DNA from: an uncultured bacterium
GTDB lineage: Bacteria > SAR324 > NAC60-12
DNA length: 64,000 nt
NCBI GenBank assembly: GCA_965662235.1
Contig: CBFIGY010000005.1
Coordinates: forward strand, 1-64,000
Direction of reading: 5' to 3'
The notes under the pieces are model-generated. The model did not search any database. It saw only the letters and a list, made by a program, of their open reading frames with translations, and was not told the origin of the DNA. The position numbers and the translations under genes are program-made. This document shows, piece after piece, positions 49,037-58,533 of this stretch; position 1 is the stretch's first letter; every line of letters begins with the position of its first letter.

Positions 49037-49690
49037 TCAGGCGAGCCGCTTGGTCGCCACCAGCAGCGCTTCATCCGCAACATCCTCTGCCAGATCCGAA
49101 ATTCCTCCCAGCCGCTGCAGGAAGGATTTGTACTGAAACTGCCGGGCGAGTTCCAGAGACCCATCCTCAAACACGCGTTGCAGGAGGTCCTGCTCCACCC
49201 GGTCCACCTCGCTTTCCTGCCGCGCCACCTCTTCGGCATGACGACGAACGGAACGGAGGTCGGAGAAGAGCGCATCAATGGTGGCGCTGAGGGCCTGGAT
49301 GCTGGCGTGGGTTTTTTGCAGGAGGCTCAGGAGCGGAGCCTGAAAGTCCAGGGGCAGGGGCGGACGCTCCAAGAGGAGCTCTTTTAAGGAGTGGCGGCAC
49401 TGTCCGGGAATGCGGTCCAGCTTGGTCAGCAATCGGAGGACATCATCCCGGGAATCCGGCATCAGGGCTTCACGCAGCAGCAGCTGCTGGATCTTGCGCT
49501 GCAGCTCATCCAGCTCCGCTTCCAGGCGGTCCACTTCCTGAGCGCGCCGCTGGCAGGACTCGAGCTGCCCCGCCAGGTAATCCGCCATCGCCTCCCGGTA
49601 GTGCAGCGCTAGGTCTTCCAGGCTCCGGAGGAGGCGCTGCAGCAGGTCTTCCACGTGTCGCTGCTTCCGGAAGAGAGAAAACGCCTGCAT
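49037..49690 (-). CDS. DUF47 / PhoU-like phosphate transport accessory protein
   Basis: Helical repeats LEAELD, MPDSRDD...LD, ESEVDRVE, ISDLAEDVAD. Confidence 0.85.
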   Translation of the reverse strand: MQAFSLFRKQRHVEDLLQRLLRSLEDLALHYREAMADYLAGQLESCQRRAQEVDRLEAELDELQRKIQQLLLREALMPDSRDDVLRLLTKLDRIPGQCRHSLKELLLERPPLPLDFQAPLLSLLQKTHASIQALSATIDALFSDLRSVRRHAEEVARQESEVDRVEQDLLQRVFEDGSLELARQFQYKSFLQRLGGISDLAEDVADEALLVATKRLA

Positions 49691-49692
49691 GG

Positions 49693-50508
49693 TCAGATGA
49701 TCGCGTGACGGGCCTTGGCGGAGAGCCACTCGCTCAGCACCACCGTGAAGAGAATGGCGATCAGGATCAAGGTGACCTGAGGCCAGGCAAGGACGTTCAG
49801 AGAGGCCTGAAGCTGAAGGCCAATGCCTCCGGCGCCCACCAAGCCAAGCACCGTTGACTCCCGGATGTTGATGTCCCACCGGAACACGGAGACACCGACA
49901 AAGGTCGGGAGGATCTGCGGGACAATGCCAAAGGCGATCACCTGCGAGCGGCTTGCCCCCGTTGAGGTAATTGCTTCCACCTGCGACTCGTCGATTTCCT
50001 CAATCGCCTCATACAGCAGCTTTGCCACAAAGCCAATGGAACGCAGGGCAATGGCGATGATCCCTGCCAGCACTCCGGGCCCCAAGATCGACACCAGCAG
50101 CAGCGACCAGATCAAGGAGTTGATCGACCGGGACGAGACAATGATCAGCAGTGCAACCGGCCGGAGCAGCGTGGGACTAGGAGAGGTGTTGCGGGCGGCC
50201 AGAAACGCCACAGGCACGGCCAACACCAACGACAGCAGGGTTCCCAGCGTTGCAATGTTCAGGGTGTCCCAGAGCGGCTCCCAAAGCTGATCCAGGTAGC
50301 TCCAGCGAGGAGGCAGCATCCGGGAACCAATGTCAGCGGCAATGTTCGGCGCATCCAAAACAAAGAACCACTCGGTTTTTTCCGAAACCAGCTGCCAGCA
50401 CCAGAGGAACAGCAGGGTTCCAAAGAACCACAGGGCCCAGCTGGTGAGTTGCTCGTTGCGGTTACGGTGCTTCCACTTCTTGGTTGTTCCAGACAGTTCA
50501 ACAGGCAT
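49693..50508 (-). CDS. phnE: Phosphonate/phosphite ABC permease
   Basis: [39 protein letters not shown]. Confidence 0.92.
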   Translation of the reverse strand: MPVELSGTTKKWKHRNRNEQLTSWALWFFGTLLFLWCWQLVSEKTEWFFVLDAPNIAADIGSRMLPPRWSYLDQLWEPLWDTLNIATLGTLLSLVLAVPVAFLAARNTSPSPTLLRPVALLIIVSSRSINSLIWSLLLVSILGPGVLAGIIAIALRSIGFVAKLLYEAIEEIDESQVEAITSTGASRSQVIAFGIVPQILPTFVGVSVFRWDINIRESTVLGLVGAGGIGLQLQASLNVLAWPQVTLILIAILFTVVLSEWLSAKARHAII

Positions 50509-51302
50509 TACTGCACTCGCTTGCGAATGGCACTGGAAGTATATTCCGCAAACATCACAATGCCGATGATCAAAATGAGAATGGCGGCGGCCGTGTCAAA
50601 TTCGTAGCGGTCAAAGGCGGTGTTGAGGGTCGCGCCAATGCCTCCGGCACCGACCAGCCCAACCACCGCTGATTCCCGGAAGTTGATGTCCAAGCGGTAC
50701 AGCGAAAGACCGATGAAGCGTGGCATGATCTGGGGCTGGATGCCATAGTTCAGCCACTGCCACCAGCGCGCCCCCGTGGAGCGGATGGCCTCCGCCTGAC
50801 TTGCCTCAATGTTCTCAATCGCCTCTGCCAGCAGCTTTGCCAGGAAGCCAATGGTTGCAAAGGAAATCGTCAGCACCCCAGCGAAAGGACCAAACCCGAA
50901 GATCGCGACAAACAGAATGGCGATGATCACCTCCTGAAAGGTCCGGGACAGCGTGATGATCGCTCGGCAGAACAGGTAGATGGGGAGCGGAGCTAGGTTC
51001 CGGGAGGCGCCCAAGGCGATCGGCACAGAGATGACAATCCCAATGCCGGTTGACACCACCGTCATCACAAGGCTTTCCAGCAGCCCCTCAGAGATGTCTT
51101 GCCAGCGTCCGGAGAAGTTGGGCTGCGCAAAGGCCGTCACAAACTTGGCTCCGCGGTCCAGGCCCTCATAAACCCGGGTCCAGTTGACTTCCACGGAACC
51201 AACGGCCAAGACAAGGTAGACAACGGTTCCGAGGATCAAGCCCCAGCGAAGGGTGGCATTCTCAATCAGTGGTTTGCGGGTCCAGGAGCGCGAAGGGGTC
51301 AC
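50508..51302 (-). CDS. phnE: Phosphonate/phosphite ABC permease
   Basis: [31 protein letters not shown]. Confidence 0.92.
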   Translation of the reverse strand: MTPSRSWTRKPLIENATLRWGLILGTVVYLVLAVGSVEVNWTRVYEGLDRGAKFVTAFAQPNFSGRWQDISEGLLESLVMTVVSTGIGIVISVPIALGASRNLAPLPIYLFCRAIITLSRTFQEVIIAILFVAIFGFGPFAGVLTISFATIGFLAKLLAEAIENIEASQAEAIRSTGARWWQWLNYGIQPQIMPRFIGLSLYRLDINFRESAVVGLVGAGGIGATLNTAFDRYEFDTAAAILILIIGIVMFAEYTSSAIRKRVQ

Positions 51303-52111
51303 AGCTGATCCTCCAGGTCGTTAGGGTCCGTGGAAGAAGCCGCCTCTGCGTTCTTCTTGCGGACCGCCGTCCAGTCTTCCTCCCCATAAATCTGAGTGAG
51401 GACATCGGGAACCAGTCCATCCGGGGTTCCATCGTAAACCACCGCGCCCGCCTGGAGCCCCACAATGCGCTCTGAAAACATCTGGGCCAGCGCAACATCA
51501 TGGATGTTGATGATGGCCGCCAGCTGACGTTCCGTGCACAGCTCGGTGATCAGACGCATGATCTGCCGCGAGGTTTTGGGGTCGAGGCTTGCTGTCGGCT
51601 CATCCACCAGCAGCAGCTCCGGATTCTGAATCAGGGCCCGGGCAATGCCCACCCGCTGCCGCTGCCCGCCCGAGAGTTCATCGGCGCGTTTGTCGGCCAT
51701 GTGGTCCAGTCCCACGCGTTCCAGCAGTGAAAAGGCGGTGTCCACATCGCTCTGCGGGAAGCGCCGGAAGTAGCTGCTCCAGAAGCCAATGTACCCCAGG
51801 CGTCCGGAGAGGACATTTTCCATCACACTCAGGCGCTCCACCAGCGCGTACTCCTGGAAGATCATCCCAATGCGGCGACGCGCCTTCCGGAGGCCGTTTC
51901 CACGTAGCTTCGTCAGATCCACCCCTTGAAGCAGGACGGCTCCGGAGGTGGGCTCCACCAGCCGGTTGATGCAACGGATCAGTGTCGACTTCCCGGCGCC
52001 CGAAGGGCCGATGAGCGCCAGCACCTGACCCGCTGGCACCGTCAGGTCCACCCCCTTGAGGGCCTGGTCTCCGGTTCGGTACCGTTTGACCAGTTGTTTC
52101 AGTTCAAGCAT
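51299..52111 (-). CDS. phnC: Phosphonate/phosphite ABC ATPase
   Basis: [35 protein letters not shown]. Confidence 0.92.
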   Translation of the reverse strand: MLELKQLVKRYRTGDQALKGVDLTVPAGQVLALIGPSGAGKSTLIRCINRLVEPTSGAVLLQGVDLTKLRGNGLRKARRRIGMIFQEYALVERLSVMENVLSGRLGYIGFWSSYFRRFPQSDVDTAFSLLERVGLDHMADKRADELSGGQRQRVGIARALIQNPELLLVDEPTASLDPKTSRQIMRLITELCTERQLAAIINIHDVALAQMFSERIVGLQAGAVVYDGTPDGLVPDVLTQIYGEEDWTAVRKKNAEAASSTDPNDLEDQL

Positions 52112-52127
52112 GAAGAATTGAGGAGGT

Positions 52128-52147
52128 CGTCCGCCCGAAGACGGACG
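52128..52147 (-). other. Stem-loop after phnD
   Basis: CGTCCG-N8-CGGACG. Confidence 0.45.
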
Positions 52148-52157
52148 CTTTTAGGGT

Positions 52158-53150
52158 TTACTTGCAGGCGTAAGAGACACCGTTGGCTTTGTCAATGGTC
52201 CGAATGACCGCCCAGTGCTCTTGGTAGGTGATCGGAATGAACTGACCCTCGTTCGACTTGGAGAACTCTTCTTTCAGCGTGGTCGGAGTGCCGTCTGGGC
52301 GGTCCCACTCAAAGCTGAAGAAGGCCTCACGTACCTTGGCGGCCAAGTCGGGGTCCAGGTTGTAAACGTGACCAAATCCTGTCGTCGGGAACGTCTGGGA
52401 CTTGTAGATCGTGATCACGTCGTCTTCCTCGATCACCTCACGCAGGATCATCCGGGACTTGACGGAGTTTGCAATGGAAGCAGCGTCGTAGTCCTTGTTG
52501 GCCACCCCCAGGATCGAGTTGTCATGCTTTCCGGAGAAGGCAGTGCTAAAATCACGGTCCGGGAGCAGGTCAAATTCCGCCTTGAGGATCGCGGACGGTG
52601 CCTTGAAGCCCGAGTTGGAAGTCGGAGAGGTGAACGCCAGCTGACGTCCCTTCAGGTCCGAGACCTTCTCAATGCCGCTTCCGGGATAGGTGATGATCTC
52701 CATTTCATAGCCAAAGTGCCCATCCAGGCTGGCCATGATCGTGAAGGGCACAAAGCCCGCGCAGTTGACCGCCAGCGGATTCGACCCGGTGTTGAAGCCT
52801 GCGATGTGCAGGCGTCCGGAACGCATCGCCTCGATCTGAGCCGCATTTGACTGCACCGGGAAGAAGATCACCTTCTTGCCCGTCACCGACTCCATGTGTG
52901 TCAGGAAGTCCGACCAAGCGGTCTTGTAAACCGCCGGATCCTCCACAGGCGTGTAGGCGAAGATCAGGGTGTTGGGATTGACCCAGTCTCCCGAATCACT
53001 GGGAGCATCGGCCACCAAGTCGCCATTCTGGTCACAGAAGCGGCTGTCCAGATCCCCTCGCGGACAGTCTTGGGCCATGCCCGTTCCGGCGAAAAGCAAC
53101 GAAGCTGAGGCCAGCAGGAAGGTGCGCAGCCAGGTATTGAGCTTGGTCAT
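52158..53150 (-). CDS. phnD: Phosphate/phosphite/phosphonate ABC substrate-binding protein
   Basis: SD GAGGAG; signal peptide; AFTSPTSNSG, SGKHD. Confidence 0.9.
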   Translation of the reverse strand: MTKLNTWLRTFLLASASLLFAGTGMAQDCPRGDLDSRFCDQNGDLVADAPSDSGDWVNPNTLIFAYTPVEDPAVYKTAWSDFLTHMESVTGKKVIFFPVQSNAAQIEAMRSGRLHIAGFNTGSNPLAVNCAGFVPFTIMASLDGHFGYEMEIITYPGSGIEKVSDLKGRQLAFTSPTSNSGFKAPSAILKAEFDLLPDRDFSTAFSGKHDNSILGVANKDYDAASIANSVKSRMILREVIEEDDVITIYKSQTFPTTGFGHVYNLDPDLAAKVREAFFSFEWDRPDGTPTTLKEEFSKSNEGQFIPITYQEHWAVIRTIDKANGVSYACK

Positions 53151-53401
53151 GTTTCTCCTCAAGTTGATAAAATTGAGCCTCCGTTCTGGAGGCAAGAAGG
53201 GTAATAAAATGTGATTTTAAAAATCTCGTTTCAAGACATATCTTTCAAAAAAGGAAAACGCTCCCCGCTTTTTCACGCAGCCAACGCCTCTGTTCAGCGC
53301 TCCGTTGGGCAGAACGACTCATCTGCCCCGTGAACCGCCCTCGGGTTTTTAAGCTGGCCCGGGGCAACCGATTTTTGACCACCCCAACCGCATGGACCGC
53401 C

Positions 53402-54181
53402 ATGAATGATCCCGCCCCCTCCCCGCTGAAGCCTTCCCTGTTTGCTCCAGACGAGGTGCCGACCTCTGGACTCCAAGCCGCTGTGATCGGCGCCTCCGGA
53501 GCCATTGGGCAGGCCTGGATTCAGCAGCTGATCCAGGATGAGCAGATCTCCACCATCTGGGCCGGCTCCCGTAGCGGCGCTGCTCCCGTTCACCCAAAGG
53601 TCCGGGCCCTTAAGCTCGACCTCACCGACGAGGCAAGCATCGCCGAGGCAGCAACGCAGATCGAAGGCCCTCTCCACTGCGTGATCATCACAACGGGAAT
53701 CCTGCATCAGGATCCAAACGTGCAGCCTGAGCGGAGCCTTAAGGAGGTGGATCCGCACGCACTGGAGCAGGTGTTCCGGATCAACACCATTGGCCCCTTG
53801 CTCATTCTGAAGCACCTAGTGCCGCTCATGCCCCGTCAGGGACGCAGCTTGATCGCGGCACTGTCGGCACGCATCGGCAGCATCTCCGACAACCGTTTGG
53901 GCGGCTGGTACGCTTATCGGGCTTCCAAAGCGGCCCTGAACATGCTGATCCGGACCGCTTCCATTGAGCTCCGGAGACGTTCCAAGCAAGCCGTTGTGGT
54001 CGGCCTCCACCCTGGAACTGTGGACAGTTCGCTCTCTCAACCGTTCCAGGCGATGATTCCCCCAAACACCCTCTTCACTCCCACGTTTTCCGCAGCCCAG
54101 CAGTACCAGGTCCTTGCCGGCCTCACTCCGGACGACAGCGGTCACTGCTTTGCCTGGGATGGCCAGCGGATTGAGCCCTGA
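53402..54181 (+). CDS. C-factor/CsgA-like short-chain dehydrogenase
   Basis: GASGAIG, LSARIGSISDNRLGGWYAYRASKAALN, LHPGTVD. Confidence 0.9.
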   Translation: MNDPAPSPLKPSLFAPDEVPTSGLQAAVIGASGAIGQAWIQQLIQDEQISTIWAGSRSGAAPVHPKVRALKLDLTDEASIAEAATQIEGPLHCVIITTGILHQDPNVQPERSLKEVDPHALEQVFRINTIGPLLILKHLVPLMPRQGRSLIAALSARIGSISDNRLGGWYAYRASKAALNMLIRTASIELRRRSKQAVVVGLHPGTVDSSLSQPFQAMIPPNTLFTPTFSAAQQYQVLAGLTPDDSGHCFAWDGQRIEP

Positions 54182-54396
54182 ACCCTGCTGATTTTTTCCG
54201 AACCAGAAGCCTGAGGGTCCACTTGGGCGTCTGGCCAACTCGGAATTGTTTCATTCCAAATAAAAGCAACTATTGTTACAAAAGTCTGGTTGAGTTTGTG
54301 TAAACTCATTGCTAAATTGATTTAGTAACAGGGGCACAAAGGAGTTTTGAGCCCCCCTTCCCGAAGGATTCGGGTCATTCAAACTGAGATCGAGCC

Positions 54397-54549
54397 ATGA
54401 CAAAAGTCTGGAATTGGTTGTCCCCCAACCGCACGACCGAGCAAGCGATGAAGAACTACTTCCGCAACGAGTACCGCAACTCTTATGATGCTCAAGCGGC
54501 CTACCTCGCCTGGAAGCAGGGTCAAGAAGCGCTGCAGGGTCAACATTGA
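54397..54549 (+). CDS. Small protein, 50 aa (not in the ORF track)
   Basis: Manual translation MTKVWNWLSPNRTTEQAMKNYFRNEYRNSYDAQAAYLAWKQGQEALQGQH; gene-like codon usage; structured leader and 3' hairpin. Confidence 0.65.
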   Translation: MTKVWNWLSPNRTTEQAMKNYFRNEYRNSYDAQAAYLAWKQGQEALQGQH

Positions 54550-54559
54550 CCGCTCCCAC

Positions 54560-54594
54560 CTCCGGAAGGCTCGCCTCTGTGCTCCCTTCCGGAG
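54560..54594 (+). terminator. Stem-loop after the small ORF
   Basis: CTCCGGAAGG...CCTTCCGGAG, a 10-bp stem followed by a pyrimidine-rich tract. Confidence 0.55.
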
Positions 54595-54736
54595 CCTCCC
54601 TCCTGATGCTTCCTCCTGAAGCTCCTGCGTTTTTTCATTGACACCCCCCCGAAAATCCTGAAATCTTGGAGGCGCTTCCCGTATTTCCCGGCGGCGTGAC
54701 CGCCCGTTTGTCCTCTGAGATTTGGAGTTTTCGACC

Positions 54737-55762
54737 ATGATGCGCTCAGCACCGTTCAAATGGCCCCACTGGATCCTAGGGATTCTGCTGCTCCTGGGAC
54801 TTCCCTCCCTCTCCTGGGCTCAATCCGGCAGTTCGGATGAGTTCATTCAAGGAGGCGTGGGTTCCGCCTTTGAGAACCCGTACTGGTTCAAGGACAGCTT
54901 CCTGATTGTCGATGAAGATGTGGCCGAAGCTGTGGAGTCCGACAAGCAGCTGATGCTCTACTTCTGGCAGGAAGGCTGCCCCTACTGCATGGCCATGGCT
55001 CAGAAGAATCTGTCCGCGCCAGACATTCGGGACTTTGTGCAGGAGCACTTTGACGTGGTTTCCTTCAACCTCCGGGGAGACCGTGAAGTGACGCTTCCGG
55101 ACGGAAGCACCATGAGCGAGAAGGACTTTGCAATCCACCTCAAGGTTCAGTACACCCCAACCATCCTCATCTTAGACACGCCGGATCTGCAGAACCCGAA
55201 GGTACGGGTGAACGGGTATCGCCCGCCCAAGCCCTTTTTGCGTCTGCTGGCTCAGGCGGCAGGAGTCTCGGAGGACGCGCTGGCAGAGTACCGTCGCCCG
55301 GAAGGAGAACTCTACCCTCAGCCGTTTTTTGAAGACACCACCGAATTGAATCAGCTGGTTGGGGAGCAGCCCCTTGCCGTCTTCCTAGAGACCCCGAGTT
55401 GTGAGGACTGCCTGCGCATGCAGCAGGGGGCGTTCAGTCAAAAAGGGACTCATGAGTTTCTGAAAAACTACCACACCGTCCGCTACAATGCCCTCTCCGA
55501 TCAGGCCATCACGCTTCCTGACGGACAAAAAACAACTGTCCGAAAATGGGTTGACACCTTAGACCTCAACTACTTCCCCACCATCCTCCTCTACGCGCAG
55601 GGGGAACGGAAAGAGACCTTCCGCATGGACAGCTACCTCCGCGGATTTCACGTCCAAACGGCCCTAGAGTACGTCCTCAACAAGGCCTACACCACCCAAC
55701 CGGAATTCCAGCGTTACATTGATGAACGCTCGGCCCGGCTCCGGGAAGCCTCCGGACAATAA
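54737..55762 (+). CDS. Exported tandem thioredoxin-fold protein (SoxW-like)
   Basis: Signal peptide; WFKDSFL, QEGCPYC, a second CEDC, and YTPT/YFPT cis-Pro loops. Confidence 0.8.
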   Translation: MMRSAPFKWPHWILGILLLLGLPSLSWAQSGSSDEFIQGGVGSAFENPYWFKDSFLIVDEDVAEAVESDKQLMLYFWQEGCPYCMAMAQKNLSAPDIRDFVQEHFDVVSFNLRGDREVTLPDGSTMSEKDFAIHLKVQYTPTILILDTPDLQNPKVRVNGYRPPKPFLRLLAQAAGVSEDALAEYRRPEGELYPQPFFEDTTELNQLVGEQPLAVFLETPSCEDCLRMQQGAFSQKGTHEFLKNYHTVRYNALSDQAITLPDGQKTTVRKWVDTLDLNYFPTILLYAQGERKETFRMDSYLRGFHVQTALEYVLNKAYTTQPEFQRYIDERSARLREASGQ

Positions 55763-55960
55763 TTCGGCTTCAATGAGGGGGGCACCAGCCCCCTCACCGG
55801 CCTGCAGCCCTCCAGCGTCTCCCCACTTCATCCCCCTCAAATCCGTTCAAGTTTTCTGACGATCTGCCGATACTCAAAGGGCATGGACGCATCAAAACGA
55901 ACTGGATTCCAGTCGGAACTCTGTGGAGTTCCTTCTTTTTTTGAAAACAAGGAGATGCTT

Positions 55961-56587
55961 ATGAAATCAAAAAGCCTCAAGGCCTTGGTCGCTTTGGGGG
56001 CTGCCACCTTCTTTGCCAGCAACGCTTGGGCGGTGGATAGCTCACGCCTGCGCTTCCTGCTTGGCTCTGGTAGCGTTAGTGAATACAACCAGACTGATAG
56101 TAACGGTGCAACCACTGACTGGATGGAAGTTTCCAACTACGACGTCACTTCAAGTGGAGGAGAGCTTTCCTTTGTCTTTAGTAACGGTCTTGGTATTGGT
56201 GTCAGTTCGGGAACCGCTACCGCGAGCAATGGTGCCGCTTTGGCAACGGAGTATGCCATTTCAGGAGGAGGTTTTGAGTTGTCTTACACCTTCGGGGAAG
56301 ACATCAATTTGACTCTGGGGACCAAGGTGTTTGGTGATGCGACCCTGACTACTTACCAGGTTAATGGTGTCGACCAAACTAGCTTGTACGAGTCCACCTC
56401 CAAGCGGAACCAGTCTTACTTTGTCAACCTAGGTTTTGCCGTTGGTGAAAACTGGGAGCTGCTAGTGGGACAGCGGAATTTCGATGTTGAGGTCGATGTA
56501 AAACAAGCCGTCTCTGGAGCTCTCGTTGCCACCTACGATGCGAAGTTCACCGTGACTTCCATCGGAGCCGGCTACCGGTTCAAGTAA
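55961..56587 (+). CDS. Outer-membrane beta-barrel protein
   Basis: SD AAGGAG; signal peptide ending AWA; alternating beta strands; C-terminal GAGYRFK. Confidence 0.78.
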   Translation: MKSKSLKALVALGAATFFASNAWAVDSSRLRFLLGSGSVSEYNQTDSNGATTDWMEVSNYDVTSSGGELSFVFSNGLGIGVSSGTATASNGAALATEYAISGGGFELSYTFGEDINLTLGTKVFGDATLTTYQVNGVDQTSLYESTSKRNQSYFVNLGFAVGENWELLVGQRNFDVEVDVKQAVSGALVATYDAKFTVTSIGAGYRFK

Positions 56588-56642
56588 GCGCTCCCTCAAG
56601 CAACTGAAGGGTTCCCCCGTAGGCACAGACGGGCGGAGCTCT

Positions 56643-57308
56643 TCAGTTTGTCCCTCCTTCGTTGATCTCTTCCGCTTCCAGCACTTCTGTTTCCTCCCGC
56701 GCTGCAGCCACCCATTCCTGCAGAGCCGGATGCCCCAACACTGTTTCCATGTACTTCCGCCCCGTCGCTTCTACCGAAACGCCATAGGACTGAAAGCGAG
56801 ACACTACGGGAGCATACATCGCATCGGCCATGCTGAAGGCTCCGAACAGCCAGGGTCCTGACGCCCCAAAGGTGTCCCGGCAGTCTTGCCAGATCTGCTG
56901 AATCCGAACGCTGTCTCGGTGCGCCGCCTCCGTGGGGGTAAATTGGGGGAATTCACGCCGACAGTTCATCGGCAGCTCGTTCCGGAGGGCCGCGAAACCG
57001 CTGTGCATTTCGGCGCAGACCGATCGGCACCGGGCCCGGGCCTCCGGAGCTTCTGGCAGACCCGGCAGGTTCAGTTGTTCGTTGCTGTACTCCAAGATGG
57101 CCAGCGATTCCCAGATCGTCCGCCCTTCATGCAGTAGCACCGGCACCTTCCCAGCGGCGCTGTACTGACGGATGCGAGACGCCGTTTCAGGCTCATCAAG
57201 CGGAATCCGGACCTCGGTGAACGGCACCTCAAAGTGCCGCAGAAACAGCCAGGGCCGCAGGGACCAGGAAGAGTAGTTTTTGTTTCCAATGACCAAAATG
57301 GTAGACAC
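56643..57308 (-). CDS. Glutathione S-transferase family protein
   Basis: IGNKNYSSWSLRPW, GKVPVL, WESLAI, AEMHSGF, ADAMYAPV; SD AAGGAG before GTG. Confidence 0.92.
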   Translation of the reverse strand: MSTILVIGNKNYSSWSLRPWLFLRHFEVPFTEVRIPLDEPETASRIRQYSAAGKVPVLLHEGRTIWESLAILEYSNEQLNLPGLPEAPEARARCRSVCAEMHSGFAALRNELPMNCRREFPQFTPTEAAHRDSVRIQQIWQDCRDTFGASGPWLFGAFSMADAMYAPVVSRFQSYGVSVEATGRKYMETVLGHPALQEWVAAAREETEVLEAEEINEGGTN

Positions 57309-57570
57309 AGGGGGCTCCTTATCGAGAACAGGGCAGAAGCGAGGACGGCTCCTTGAGAAGTCAGGAGGCTTCTGAGGGAAGGGGGCGGTCCCGGAAAAAT
57401 GAGTGTAGGAAAGTCCGGTGGAATGGGGAAGCAAAATGGGGGCTTCTTTTGGGAAAAATATCCGGATTCGCATGGGGGTTCGGCTTGACATGACGTGGGT
57501 GAGTCACTAGTGTGTCGATCGCCAAGTTTGTGGCATGGGGTCCAAACTTGGGAAGGTCACGGAGGTGTAC

Positions 57571-58533
57571 ATGAATCCACAGCTTCAGCGCATCCAGCAG
57601 ACCCATAAGCCGTTGAAGTTGATCGAGAATCGGACCGTCTTCGGAGGAGAAGACACTGAGTTTTCGGTCTATGATACCTACCAGCGCGCGGAACGCGTCG
57701 CCTTGAGTGCCTCCAATCCGCTGTACTGCGGCATGGTCACGGGGCGCAAGGTGATTCACTTCAAAAGCTATCCCCTTTTTGATTTTCTGCCAGGGGAGTC
57801 CCTGGTGGTGCCCCCGGATGAGGAGATCCACATCGACTTTCCGGAGGCGGAGATGGACCAGCCCACCAAGTGCCTGACGGTGGAGATCGACACCCAGAAG
57901 GTGCAGGAGGTGGTGGGCCGGATGAATGAGCGCATGCCCCGAGCCGAAGACTCAGGGGAGTGGCGCTACGACCCCGGCAACCAGTACCACTTTCGCAACT
58001 CCGTCCAGATCGAGGGCATTGTTGCCAACCTGGTCACCGTCTTCACCGAAAACCACCCGTTGCGCGACAAGCTCATTGACGTCAAGGTCATGGAGTTGGT
58101 GATCCGGATGCTGCAGTTCGATTCCTTTTCCCGGTGGCTTTGGAACAGTGGACAGCATGCGGCCTGCCACAGCCTCTCGGAGGCGGCAGAGTTCATTAAG
58201 CAGAACCTGCACCGGTCCATCTCCATTGAGGAACTGGCCCGGCACGCGGGCATGAGCAAGACCAACCTGTTTCGGTGCTTCAAGAACGAGTTTGGCTTCA
58301 CCCCGGTTCAGTACATCAACCAGCTTCGCATCGACCGCGCCTGTCAGCTGCTGCAGCATCCGGATCACTCGGTGACCGAGGTCTGCTTCATGATGGGATT
58401 CACCTCTGTGAGCTACTTCATCAACCTCTTCAAGAGCATCAAAGGGGTCACGCCGAAACAGTTCCAGGCGCGCCAGCGTCAGGCCCTTCGGCTCCGGAAC
58501 CCCTCACCACTGACAGCAAGCGCCCTTGCCTAG
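57571..58533 (+). CDS. AraC-family transcriptional regulator with an N-terminal ligand domain
   Basis: C-terminal double HTH (ELARHAGMSKTNL, VTEVCFMMGFTSVSYF, GVTPKQF); SD GGAGG. Confidence 0.92.
   Translation: MNPQLQRIQQTHKPLKLIENRTVFGGEDTEFSVYDTYQRAERVALSASNPLYCGMVTGRKVIHFKSYPLFDFLPGESLVVPPDEEIHIDFPEAEMDQPTKCLTVEIDTQKVQEVVGRMNERMPRAEDSGEWRYDPGNQYHFRNSVQIEGIVANLVTVFTENHPLRDKLIDVKVMELVIRMLQFDSFSRWLWNSGQHAACHSLSEAAEFIKQNLHRSISIEELARHAGMSKTNLFRCFKNEFGFTPVQYINQLRIDRACQLLQHPDHSVTEVCFMMGFTSVSYFINLFKSIKGVTPKQFQARQRQALRLRNPSPLTASALA

Noticed and set aside
53195..53245. Pho box upstream of phnD
   Set aside because: The AT-rich sequence has only a loose ATCAC/ATTAC pair at 10-bp spacing, not a convincing 11-bp repeat.
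54379..54759. Minus-strand 126-aa ORF from the ORF track
   Set aside because: It overlaps the more gene-like plus-strand 50-aa ORF and the SoxW-like promoter region, and it has no motifs.
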